Source: Heterodontus francisci
Taxonomy: Eukaryota
Reading direction: 5' to 3'
DNA length: 64,000 bases
Assembly (NCBI RefSeq): GCF_036365525.1
Contig: NC_090416.1
Span: 16,340,945 to 16,404,944, forward strand
The notes under the pieces are model-generated. The model had not been told where the DNA came from. It saw nothing but the letters and a program-made list of their open reading frames with translations, and searched no databases. How positions within the stretch are numbered: position 1 is the stretch's first letter; each line of letters starts with the position of its first letter. A program made the position numbers and the translations under genes. Positions 50,169 through 61,250 of the stretch are shown piece by piece.

Positions 50169-51504
50169 CTGTGTGTGAGAGACAGGGTGGAAGAAAGGAA
50201 TCTCACTGTTAGTATCAATCATTTTTTCTAAAAGGCACATCCAGAATTAGTAACACATACTATAATTTAAAACAAACATTTAACTTGACTTCAGACTTAG
50301 GTAGAGACAGTAAATAATATAATAGCCTGAGTGTTTCCAGCACTCGATTTCAGATTTCCAGCATCTGCAGGATTTTGCTTTGATTGGATTAAAATTAAAT
50401 ATTTAGTCCAATCTTAACTCCCTGTCAATTGAGAGCTGGACTTGTACATGGATTCGAGACATTCAATATAAATTAATTAACTGAATATTAAATACAACAG
50501 ACAATATCGAATTGTTTAAAATTCAGGGGCAGATTAAAATCAAAAGTTTAAAATTTGAGGAAGTTTCACATTTCGGATAGGCTGTACTGGAGGTCTTATG
50601 GAGGTGCTCGGAGTATGTATTGGGAGTAACTCAACCTCCCAGATCCACACTCAGAGTTCGGTGATCACCTCACCAGGAAAAATTCTTTATTTGTTAAAAA
50701 AAAAGTTTTAAAAGTAATAAAGTTCGGGGCGGTTTCCATTTAGAAAGTAGGTTAGACACTTCACATGAACGAACGACAGTCGGAAGGAGGGGGCTGGGAA
50801 GGGAGACGGGGGCTGGGGGGTAGAGAGACCGGGTGCGTTAGGAACAGACAAGATGGGGGGAGAAGGCGCAGAATGAGGCCATTCGGTCCATCGAGTCCCT
50901 GCCGCAGCCTAACCCCACTTCCCAACTTTGGGAGTCTTTTTTTGAGGTGGGGGAGGGGGTGCTAGTGTCAAACTCGACCCCCTTTGAGTGTGAGTAAAAT
51001 TCCTGTTTGTAAATCTTCCAGCAACACCCGGGGCAGGCTCGCTATTTATACAACAGTGCAGCGAATAGACGGAGAAGTCCACACCTGCACACTGCAGACC
51101 TGGCCGAACAGACTCCAGGGGCTGAATGGCCTTTCTCCCCTGTTCGTTCTGCATTTTTTTTTTGCCAATGGAGTTTTTCCTCGGTTCTGAGGAAAGGTCA
51201 GTGACCCGAAACTGTTCACCGTTTCTCCCTCTCTCTCCGCAGAGGCTGCCCAGACCTGCTGAGTATTTCCAGCATCTTCTGTTTTTTTATTTCAGATTTC
51301 CAGCATCCGCAATTGTTTTGCTGCTATTTTAGTGTTTATTTTTCTACCCTCCAGAATCCAAATTCCCAGCACTGAATCAGTGGACAGAAAAATAAAAATC
51401 TGACCCAATTTCTTTTCACCGTTATCAGGGCAGATCCGATTCTGCAACAATAAATGAATAAATAATTGAAACAATATGAATGATAGGATGAGGGAATTAC
51501 TTAC

Positions 51505-51541
51505 TCCGTAAACTCAGGGCGGTCCCAGGTCCGAAGGTAAA
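51505..51541 (-). CDS. IGL: Ig light chain J segment, cluster 4 (FTFGPGTALSLR)
   Basis: FGxGT motif, donor, heptamer. Confidence 0.95.
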
Positions 51542-51580
51542 CACAGTGCAGTGTTTTAATGGGACGGATCAACTAAAACC
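51542..51580 (+). promoter_or_regulatory. J 23-RSS, cluster 4 (CACAGTG-23-ACTAAAACC)
   Basis: Heptamer, 23-bp spacer, 8/9 nonamer. Confidence 0.92.
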
Positions 51581-51895
51581 CAGGCTGGGAAGAAAGAGGG
51601 GAAAATATTAATAATCTGTCCTTTATCACATTCCCTTTCACATTCTGCCTTTCACTGGGGCCGGAATGCTGAGAGTCTGGAGAAAGATTTTCACATATCA
51701 GTGAGGAAACCCTGAGAATATCAGTGTTTACCTACCCAGCTAATAGTCCAAATATTGGGGAAAATCCAAATAAACCCATGGAATTCCAGTGAGATTTTCC
51801 ACAAGTTACATAAGGAATATTTCTGAAGCTCATTACACAGTCTCAGGCAGGAATATTTCAGTAGCTGTTGGAATTCTGAGTGGTTCTGTTGGTGC

Positions 51896-51923
51896 AGTTT
51901 TTGTATTGCCCTGTCTCACTGTG
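51896..51923 (-). promoter_or_regulatory. V 12-RSS, cluster 4
   Basis: CACAGTG-12-ACAAAAACT. Confidence 0.95.
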
Positions 51924-52252
51924 TATGTAGCCTGCTGAGCCATCGTTGGCAGCACAGTAATAGACGGCGGAGTCTCCCGGTTCCAAGCTGCCGATGGTCA
52001 GAATGTGACTGTTACTGGAGGTGTCTCTGGAAGGTTTAAAACGGTCCGTGAAGCCGGTGCCTCGATAGATGCTACCACTTGTATAGTGGGCTAACACCCA
52101 CACCGGAGCCTCCCCGGGTCTCTGTCGGTACCAGCTCATGTAGTAACTGCCCACATTGCCGTTCTGCATTGCACACTTTAACTCGGAGGTCTCACCGGCG
52201 GAGACTGGGTCTGAAATTGGGGTCTGATTGAGGACAAGAACCGCCAGGACAC
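51924..52252 (-). CDS. IGL: Ig light chain V exon, cluster 4
   Basis: Open V domain ending YYCAANDGSAGYI, 329 nt, with a P-to-L change near the mature N-terminus. Confidence 0.96.
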
Positions 52253-52414
52253 CTTCAACACAAAACACAAGAGAGAGAAAAACACATTCAGTTTATTGGA
52301 GCAAAAAAGCTAACTGATAAATAAACAGGCCGGGCTACCAAATCCCTTTGCTTCCTAATCTAATGGTTTAAAAATGAATAATTGAGTAACGTTCTGTTAA
52401 CATAAGTCTCTCAC

Positions 52415-52463
52415 CTGTTAAATGGAGTAGCAGGGTCCCCAGGAGATACATTACTGCAGCCAT
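52415..52463 (-). CDS. IGL: Ig light chain leader exon, cluster 4
   Basis: Same 49-nt leader and donor. Confidence 0.92.
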
Positions 52464-52569
52464 TCCCTCCGGGGGGGGAAAAAAACCCGTGAAGAATTAG
52501 TGAGCAGGGTTTTACTGTAACTCCAGAAAGTGGATCCAGTTACAGTGCCGGACAAGGTGAGACCAGTAT

Positions 52570-52690
52570 CTATTATATGAACCTGTATGCAAATACAGGG
52601 AGGGTTGAGAGGAGCAGGGGCGGGGCGGGGGGGGGGGGGGGGTGGGTGGGGGACTGGACCAGATTTTTTTTATTGAGCCTCTATTGGTCC
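52570..52690 (-). promoter_or_regulatory. IgL V promoter, cluster 4 (octamer 52587-52594)
   Basis: ATTTGCAT plus TATA-like and CCAAT elements. Confidence 0.85.
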
Positions 52691-53567
52691 CCAATTAAAC
52701 ATTTCCATGTATTTATTTCCACCGAGTTGAGGGTTAATTCACAATAATTTCTGATTTTAACCCCCACCCCCCTTCTCATGTCAAGAGTGTGAGATTTAAA
52801 AGAACAACTGTAGAAATTGCACATTTTATCCCAGATGGGCAAAGACAAAAGCCCTTCAGAATCCAGTGCCTTAAATTCATCCAGAACAAGTTTAACCCAG
52901 CGATCGTTAAGGATTTTGTTTTTTTTTATATTTGGGGCTGCAATGTGTACTTAAACACATATCTTTATCTCCAACACGCTGGTGTTTGCAACAAAGCAGT
53001 TCATTGGAAGGATTGGAATGGAAGAGATTGACTGGACTGCTTCTCTTTTTTCCGATCCGCCACTGTACCAAGTGCATTGCTTGTCCTGGCGTTTGAGCCG
53101 AGTGTGGGGTCAAAACACTCGTTTCTCACTCAGGCCGACGTTCAGAAACAGCCAGAATCAACTCCAATATCCGTTTTAATTGGTAATGCAACGAGGAGTG
53201 AGATTCTGACCGGGCAAGCTGACTGCTCGGCTAGTTTCTGTGTTGTGTCCGGATCCTGTGTTCAGTCCAGTTTCAATGAAATGTGTTTTCCTGCTGCAAC
53301 AGTTCCTGCCCTGACTTTTTTTTTGTTGCAACTAAACCACATGTATCGGAACCTCAGTCCCAGGCAGACATTTGTTTTAACATTCCATTTCAGATGTTTT
53401 ATGTCAATCACTCGATGCCAAGGGAAAACGTTCAACAAGTTGCTCGTGAGAGGAGTTAGTTTCTTTAAAATGAATATTTTCTATCTTTTTATTTAAAATT
53501 CACTTAATTGGATATGGGCATCACTTGGCCCTGCCCGCATTTATTGCCCATCCCTCATTGCCGTTGA

Positions 53568-53921
53568 GGGCGGCACAGTGGCGCAGTGGTCAGCACTCCA
53601 GCCTCACAGCTCCAGGGACCCGGGTTCGATTCCGGGTACTGCCTGTGTGGAGTTTGCAAGTTCTCCCTGTGTCTGCGTGGGTTTTCTCCGGGTGCTCCGG
53701 TTTCCTCCCACAAGCCAAAAGACTTGCAGGTTGATAGGTAAATTGGCCATTATAAATTGTCACTAATATAGGTAGGTGGTAGGGTAATATAGGGACAGGT
53801 GGGGATGTTTGGTAGGAATATGGGATTAGTGTAGGATTAGTATAAATGGGTGGTTGATGTTCGGCACAGACTCGGTGGGCCGAAGGGACTGTTTCATTGC
53901 TGTATCTCTAATCTAATCTAA
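53568..53921 (+). mobile_element. V-SINE (HE1-like), unit 4
   Basis: Same insertion at the equivalent site. Confidence 0.85.
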
Positions 53922-54928
53922 AGGTGGTGGTGGAGTCGCCTTCTTGAACTGCTCCAGTGCAGTGGTTTTTGTACAACAGAACTGAGGGCAGTTAAGAGTC
54001 AACCACTTTGCCGTGGGTCTGGAGTCACTAGTCGGCCAGACCAGGTGAGGACGGCAGATTTCCTCCCCGAAAAGGATATTTGTGAACCAGATGGTTTTTT
54101 GTTAATGAACATTCAATTTATGGTCACCATTACTGAGACTAGGTTTCAATTCCAATTTTTTTTTTTATTAATTAGTTGAATTTAAATTCCATGGTGGGAT
54201 TTGAACACGTGTCTCCAGAGCATTATCCTGGGCCTCTGGATTAGTAATATCTAGTGACATTACTGCTACGCCACCTTGTGATGGATCAATATTAATTCTA
54301 GAAATGTGATAGGATTTGAGCCAGTGAAAGGGAGAGTGTGGGAAGAAGAACAGCAGGGAAGGTCTGTGACAGGGGTGGAGGGCAGGAGAGATTAAATGAC
54401 AAAAAGGGTTTCAAGGTGCAAAGCCAAAGGGAGTGGTAATGAGAGATGTGTCTGGAGGAGGTGTGAATGGCAGGATCGGAACACAAAGTAAAGGAAATAA
54501 GAGGTAAACAAGAGAGATAAAATAACAAATCAGCAAAGAAAAGGGCAACAAAAATGAGGGCGGGGGGGTTACAAACTAAAATTGTTGAATTCAGTGTTGA
54601 GTCCGGAAGGTTGTAGAGTGCCCAGTCGAAAGATGAGGTGCTGTTCCTGCAGTTAGCCTCCGATTACTGACATGTTCAGTCAAGTCAGTGTCGACTAGCT
54701 GCCCCCTAGACAGAGAATTTGACCCCTCCACCACTAAAAATCCATTTCTGATTGGTCTCCACAGCAGAAACAGACCCACCTCCCTCCCCTCCCACCAGCA
54801 GATTCTCTGGGTCATTTTCAACTAACCCTAACCTGCATTACTATAGAGACCTCAGGATGTCCTAAAGACAGACAAATAAACACCTGTTTTGAAGTCTGGT
54901 CATTGTAACATCGTAACCCAATGCACAA

Positions 54929-55076
54929 TGGAAATAAATATTTGGAAATGATTAATTAGGGACAAATATATTTTTAATAAAGTGTTTTCCCCTGCTCCCC
55001 TTGACCCCCTCCCTGTATTTGCATATTGACTAATATATAGATACTAGTCTTCTCCGGGTTCCCGGAGTTACAGTAA
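54929..55076 (+). promoter_or_regulatory. Inverted paralogue of the IgL V promoter, unit 4 (octamer 55017-55024)
   Basis: Same alignment as in unit 2. Confidence 0.78.
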
Positions 55077-55489
55077 TCTTGTTGAAGTGAAAGCACAATT
55101 GCTAAATGTGTGAGAAGCTGAACTCAGCTTTGCCCATGTAGTTGAATGGAGAGTGCACATATGTAGTTGAATAGAGGCATCCACGTATGTAGTTAAATGG
55201 AGTCATCCACGTATGTAGTTAAATGGAGTGTGCCAGTGTGCAGTAAAATGGGATTGTGCACATGTCTAATGGAAAGCAGTTCAGCACCTCTAGGTTCATA
55301 GAATCTCTCACTTTGCACAGCAGATGTCACATGGCTGCAGCTTTGCCCAGGGAGCCTACCCGGTTCACACAGGATAGGCCAGGTGTTAAAGCAAGAGCAT
55401 TTGGTGTTGCCTATTGAAGCTTGCACAATGGTTAAAGGAAAATACAATTAAAGTTCACAAGATGGGAATCTTGTAAAGTGTCAGCCATG

Positions 55490-56195
55490 GCCTCGTGGGT
55501 TCAAGTCCCAATCCAGAGACTTGAGCACAAAAAACAGTCTCACATTCGCCGTGTAGTACTGAGGGTGTGCTGCACTCTCGGAGGGTCAATACTGAGGGAG
55601 TGCGGCACCGTCGGAGGGTCAGTATTGAGGGAGTGCTGCACTGTTGGAGGTTCAGTACTGAGGGAGTGCTGCACTGTCAGAGGGTCAGTACTGAGGGAGC
55701 GCTGCACTGTCGGTGGATCAGTACTGAGTGAGTGCCGCACTCAGAGGGTCAGGACTGAGGGAGTGCTGCATTGTCAGAGGGTCAGTACTGAGGGAGTGCT
55801 GAACTGTCGGAGGGTCAGTCCTGAGGGAGTGCTGCACTGTCGGAGGGTCAGTACTGAGGGAGTGCTGCACTGTTGGAGGTTCAGTACTGAGGGAGTGCTG
55901 CAGTGTCAGAGGGTCAGCTCTGAGGGAGTGCTGCACTGTCTGAGGTGCCATATTCACAAGTCCCCCTCAGGTGGACATTATCGATCCCATGACTCTATTT
56001 GAAGGAGAGCAGGTGCCCTGGACAATATATATTCCAACACTAACACCTAAAGCTGTAACTGGTCATTATCACATTGCTATTTGTGGCAGCTTGCTGTGTA
56101 AATGACTGACAGATTTCCACATTTCAACAGTGACTACACTTCAAAACACACTTCAAAAGTACGTCATTAGATGTAAACCACTTTGGGGCTGCCTA
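55490..56195 (+). mobile_element. DeuSINE with 30-bp minisatellite, unit 4
   Basis: As in unit 1. The array spans about 55554-55945. Confidence 0.75.
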
Positions 56196-56825
56196 GTGAT
56201 CAGACCTCTCTGTCCCTCCATCTGTCTATCTGTCTATNNNNNNNNNNNNNNNNNNNNNNNNNNNNNNNNNNNNNNNNNNNNNNNNNNNNNNNNNNNNNNN
56301 NNNNNNNNNNNNNNNNNNNNNNNNNNNNNNNNNNNNNNNNNNNNNNNNNNNNNNNNNNNNNNNNNNNNNNNNNNNNNNNNNNNNNNNNNNNNNNNNNNNN
56401 NNNNNNNNNNNNNNNNNNNNNNNNNNNNNNNNNNNNNNNNNNNNNNNNNNNNNNNNNNNNNNNNNNNNNNNNNNNNNNNNNNNNNNNNNNNNNNNNNNNN
56501 NNNNNNNNNNNNNNNNNNNNNNNNNNNNNNNNNNNNNNNNNNNNNNNNNNNNNNNNNNNNNNNNNNNNNNNNNNNNNNNNNNNNNNNNNNNNNNNNNNNN
56601 NNNNNNNNNNNNNNNNNNNNNNNNNNNNNNNNNNNNNNNNNNNNNNNNNNNNNNNNNNNNNNNNNNNNNNNNNNNNNNNNNNNNNNNNNNNNNNNNNNNN
56701 NNNNNNNNNNNNNNNNNNNNNNNNNNNNNNNNNNNCTTTCCATCTATCTATCTATCCATCTAACTGTCCATCTCTTGCTATCTGTCTATCTATCTGTCCA
56801 TCTATCGATCTATCTATCTGACTGA

Positions 56826-56899
<74 letters not shown>

Positions 56900-56917
56900 G
56901 TCTATCGATCGATCTAT

Positions 56918-57118
56918 CTCGGAGGGCGGAGTTCCAGACCGGGAAGTCTAAAAAACTGACTTCGGGGATTCTCGGACAGCCTCGGAGGGCGGAATTAACC
57001 TCGGGGATTCTCGGACAGACTCGGAGGGCGGAATTAACCTCGGGGATTCTCGGACAGACTCGGAGGGCGGAATTAACCTCAGGGATTCTCGGACAGACTC
57101 GGAGGGCGGTGTTCACCT
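56918..57118 (+). repeat. 39-bp CpG-rich minisatellite (about 4 copies)
   Basis: Same monomer. Confidence 0.92.
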
Positions 57119-57159
57119 CGATGGGTCGAAGGGCCTGTTTCAGTGCTGTATCTCTAAAT

Positions 57160-60100
57160 AAAAATAAAAATAAAAAAATAAAATAATATTTATAGTCGAA
57201 ATCCAGCACTAGGGACCATATCGTTAATTATAACAGTTTAGTAAGGATTTAATAAGTATTTATTTTATATTAATTAACTAATTAGTGATAGAAATGTCAG
57301 TTAAAGGGGTGAAGTGCTTCACCTGTGAGATGTGGGAAGTCCGTGACACTTCCAGCATTCCGGGCGACTCCGCCTGCAGGAAGTTTACCCAGTTGCAGCT
57401 CCTCACAGACCGCATGGATCGGTTGGAGCGGCAACTGGATGCACTTTGGAGCATGCAGGTGGCAGAGAGCGTCAAAGACAGGAGTTTTAGAGAAGTGGTT
57501 ACACCCAAAGTGCAGGCAGATAGATGGGTGACCGCTAGAAGGGGCAGGCAGTCAGTGCAGGAATCCCCTGTGGCTATCCCCCTCTCTAACAAGTATACAG
57601 TTTTGGATACTGTTGGGGGGGATGGCCTATCAGGGGAAAACAACAGCAGCAGCCAGAGCAGTGGCACCACGGCTATCACTGTTGTTCAGCAGGGAGGGAC
57701 AAAGCGCAGAAGAGCAATAGTTATAGGGGACTCTGTAGTCAGGGGCACAGATAGGCGCGTCTGTGGACGTGAAAGCGACTCCAGGTTGGTATGTTGCCTA
57801 CCTGGTGCCAGGGTCAATGATGTCTCCGAACGGACAGGGGGCATTCTGAAGGGCGAGGGTGAACAGCCAGAGGTTGTGGTACACATCGGTACCAATGACA
57901 TAGGCAGGAAGAGTGATGAGGTCCTGCAGGGGGAGTTTAGGGAGTTAGGTAGAAAGTTAAAAAAACAGGATTCTGGGGTTGTAATCTCTGGATTAGTCCC
58001 TGTGCCACGTGCCAGAGAGGCTAGAAATAGGAAGATAGTGCAGCTAAACACATGGCTGAGCAGCTGGTGTAGAAGGGAGGGTTTCAGATATCTGGACCAT
58101 TGGGCTCTCTTCAGGGACAGATGGGACCTGTACAAGAAGGACGCGTTGCATCTAAACTGGAGGGGCACTAATATCCTGGCTGCAAAGTTTGCTAGCGTCA
58201 CTCGGGAGGGTTTAAACTAGTATGGAAGAGGGATGGGAACCAGATTAGTGGGACAGCTAGAAAAATAAATGAGGAGGACATAGTAAATAAGGCCAGTAAG
58301 ACTAAGTGGAAGAGCAGGCAGGGAGATGTTGCTGAGCACAGCGGGACTGGTGCTCTGAAGTGCATTTCTTTCAATGCGAGAAGTATAGCAGTTAAGGCAG
58401 ATGAACTTAGAGCTTGGATTAGTACTTGGAAATATGATGTTGTTGCTATTACAGAGACTTGGTTGAGGGAAGGGCAGGATTGGCAGCTAAATGTTCCAGG
58501 CTTTAGAAGCTTCAGGCGGGATAGAGGGGGATGTAAAAGGGATGGGGGAGTTGCATAATTGGTTAAGGAGATTATCACAGCTGTACTGCGGGAGGACACC
58601 TCAGAGGGGTCATGCAGCGAGGCAATATGGGTGGAGCTCAGGAATAGGAAGGGTGCAGTCACGATGTTGGGGGTTTACTACAGGCCTCCCAACAGCCAGC
58701 GGGATTTAGAGGAGCAGATCAGTGGACAGATTTTGGAAAGATGTAAAGGTAACAGGGTTGTGGTGGTGGGTGATTTTAACTTCCCCTATATTGACTGGGA
58801 CTCACTTAGTGCTAGGGGCTTGGATGGGGCAGAATTTGTGAGGAGCATCCAGGAGGGCTTCTTGAAACAGTATGTAGATAGTCCAACTAGGGATAGGGCC
58901 ATTCTGGACCTGGTATTGGAGAATGAGCCCGGCCAGGTGGTCGAAGTTTCAGTGGGGGAACATTTCGGGAACAGTGAACATAATTCCTTATGTTTTAAGG
59001 TGCTTGTGGATAAGGATAAGAGTAGTCCTCGGGTGAAGGTGCTAAATTGGGGGAAGGCTAATTATAACAATATTAGGCAGGAACTGAAGAATTTAGATTG
59101 GGGGGGCGGCTGTTTGAGGGTAAATCAACATCTGACATGTGGGAGTCTTTCAAACGTCAGCTGATTAGAATCCAGGACCAGCATGTTCCTGTGAGCAAGA
59201 AAGACAAGTTTGGCATGTTTCGGGAAATTTGGATAACACTGTATATTGTGAGCACAGTCAAAAAGAAAAAAGAAGCATTTGTAAGGGCTGGAAGGTTAGG
59301 AACAGACGAAGCACTTGAGGAATATAAAGACAGTGGGAAGGAACTTAAGCAAGGAGTTAGGAGGGCTAAAAGGGGTCATAAAAAGTCATTGGCAAACAGG
59401 ATTAAGGAGAATCCCAAGGCTTTTTATACATATATAAAGAGCAAGAGGGTAACCAGGGAAAGGGTTGGCCCACTCAAGGATAGAGATGGGAATCTATGTG
59501 TGGAGCCAGAGGAAATGGGCGAGGTGCTAAATGAGTACTTTGCATCAGTATTCACCAAAGAGAAGGACTTGGTGGATGATGAGCCTAGGGAAGGGAGTGC
59601 AGATAGTCTCCGTCATGTCATTATTAAAAAGGAGGAGGTGTTGGGTGTTTTGCAAAGCATTAAGGTAGATAAGTCCCCAGGGCCTGATGGGATCTACCCT
59701 AGAATACTGAGGGAGGCAAGGGAAGAAATTGATGGGTTCTTGTCAGAAATCTTTGCATCATTTTTGGCTACAGGTGAGGCCCCAGAGGACTGGAGAATAG
59801 CCAATGTTGTTCCTTTGTTTAAGAAGGGTGGCAAGGATAATCCAGGAAATTATAGGCCGGTGAGCCTTCCGTCAGTGGTAGGGAAACTATTAAAGAGGAT
59901 TATTCGGGACAGGATTTACTCCCATTTGGAAACAAACGAACTTATTAGTGAGAGACAGCATGGCTTTGTGAAGTGGAGGTTGTGTCTTACTAATTTGATT
60001 GAGTTTTTTGAGGAAGTGACGAAGATGATTGATGAAGGAAGGGCAGTGGATGTTATCTATATGGACTTTATTAAAGCCTTTGAGAAGGTCCCGCATGGCA

Positions 60101-61250
60101 GACTGGTACAAAAGGTAATGTCACATGGGATCAGATGTGAGCTGGCAAGATGGATACAGAACTGGCTCGGTCATAGAAGACAGAGGGTATCAGTGGATGG
60201 GTGTTTTTCTGAATGGAGGGATGTGACTAGTGGTGTTCCGCAGGGATGAGTGCTGGGACCTTTGCTGTTTGTAGTATTATAAATGATTTGGAGGAAAATG
60301 TAGCTGGTCTGATTAGTAAGTTTGCGGACGACACAAAGGTTGGTGAAGTTGCGGATAATGATGAGGATTGTCAGAGGATACAGCTGGATATAGATCGGTT
60401 GGAGACTTGGGCGGAGAAATGGCAGATGGAGTTTAATCTGGACAAATGTGAGGTAATGCATTTTGAAAGGACTAATGCAGGTGGGAGGTATACAGTAATA
60501 GGCAGAACCCTTAGGAGTATTGACAGACAGAGAAATCTGGGCGTATAGGTCCACAGGTCACTGAAAGTGGCAACGCAGGTGGATAAGGTAGTCAAGAAGG
60601 CATACGGCATGCTTGCCATCATTGGTCGGGGCATAGAGTATAAAAATGGCAAGTCATGTTGCAGCTGTACAGAACCTTAGTTCGGCCACACTTAGAATAT
60701 TGCGTGCAATTCTGGTCGCCACACTACCAGAAGGACGTGAAGGCTTTGGAGAGGGTACAAAGGAGGTTTACGGATGCTGCCTGGTCTGGAGGGCATTAAC
60801 TATGAGGAGAGGTTGGAAAAAGTCGGATTGTTTTCACTGGGACGACGGAGGTGGAGGGGCGACATGATAGAGGTTTACAAAGTTATGAGCGGCATGGACA
60901 GAGTGGATAGTCAGAAGCTTTTTCCCAGGGTGGAAGAGTCAGTTACTAGGGGACATAGGTTTAAGGTGCGAGGGGCAAAGTTTAGAGGGGATGTGCGAGG
61001 CAAGTTTTTTACACAGAGGGTGGTGAGTGCCTGGAACTTGCTGCCAGGGGAGGTGGTGGAAGCAGATACGATAGCGACGTTTAAGAGACATCTTGACAAA
61101 TACATGAATCGGAAGGGAATAGAGGGATATGGCCCTGGAAGTGCAGAAGGTGTTAGATTAGGCAGGTATCAAGATCGGTGCAGGCTTGGAGGGCCGAATG
61201 GCCTGTTCCTGTGTGGTACTGTTCTTTGTTCTTGTTCTTTGTTCTCTCTG
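57160..61250 (+). mobile_element. CR1-clade LINE, unit 4
   Basis: Same motifs as unit 1. ORF2 is disrupted. Confidence 0.93.
57294..58220 (+). CDS. CR1 ORF1p (zinc-finger-like N-terminus plus SGNH/GDSL esterase), uninterrupted 308-aa frame
   Basis: Open from ATG to TAG, with KCFTC, IVIGDSVVRG, VVVHIGTND and DALHLN. Confidence 0.7.
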   Translation: MSVKGVKCFTCEMWEVRDTSSIPGDSACRKFTQLQLLTDRMDRLERQLDALWSMQVAESVKDRSFREVVTPKVQADRWVTARRGRQSVQESPVAIPLSNKYTVLDTVGGDGLSGENNSSSQSSGTTAITVVQQGGTKRRRAIVIGDSVVRGTDRRVCGRESDSRLVCCLPGARVNDVSERTGGILKGEGEQPEVVVHIGTNDIGRKSDEVLQGEFRELGRKLKKQDSGVVISGLVPVPRAREARNRKIVQLNTWLSSWCRREGFRYLDHWALFRDRWDLYKKDALHLNWRGTNILAAKFASVTREGLN

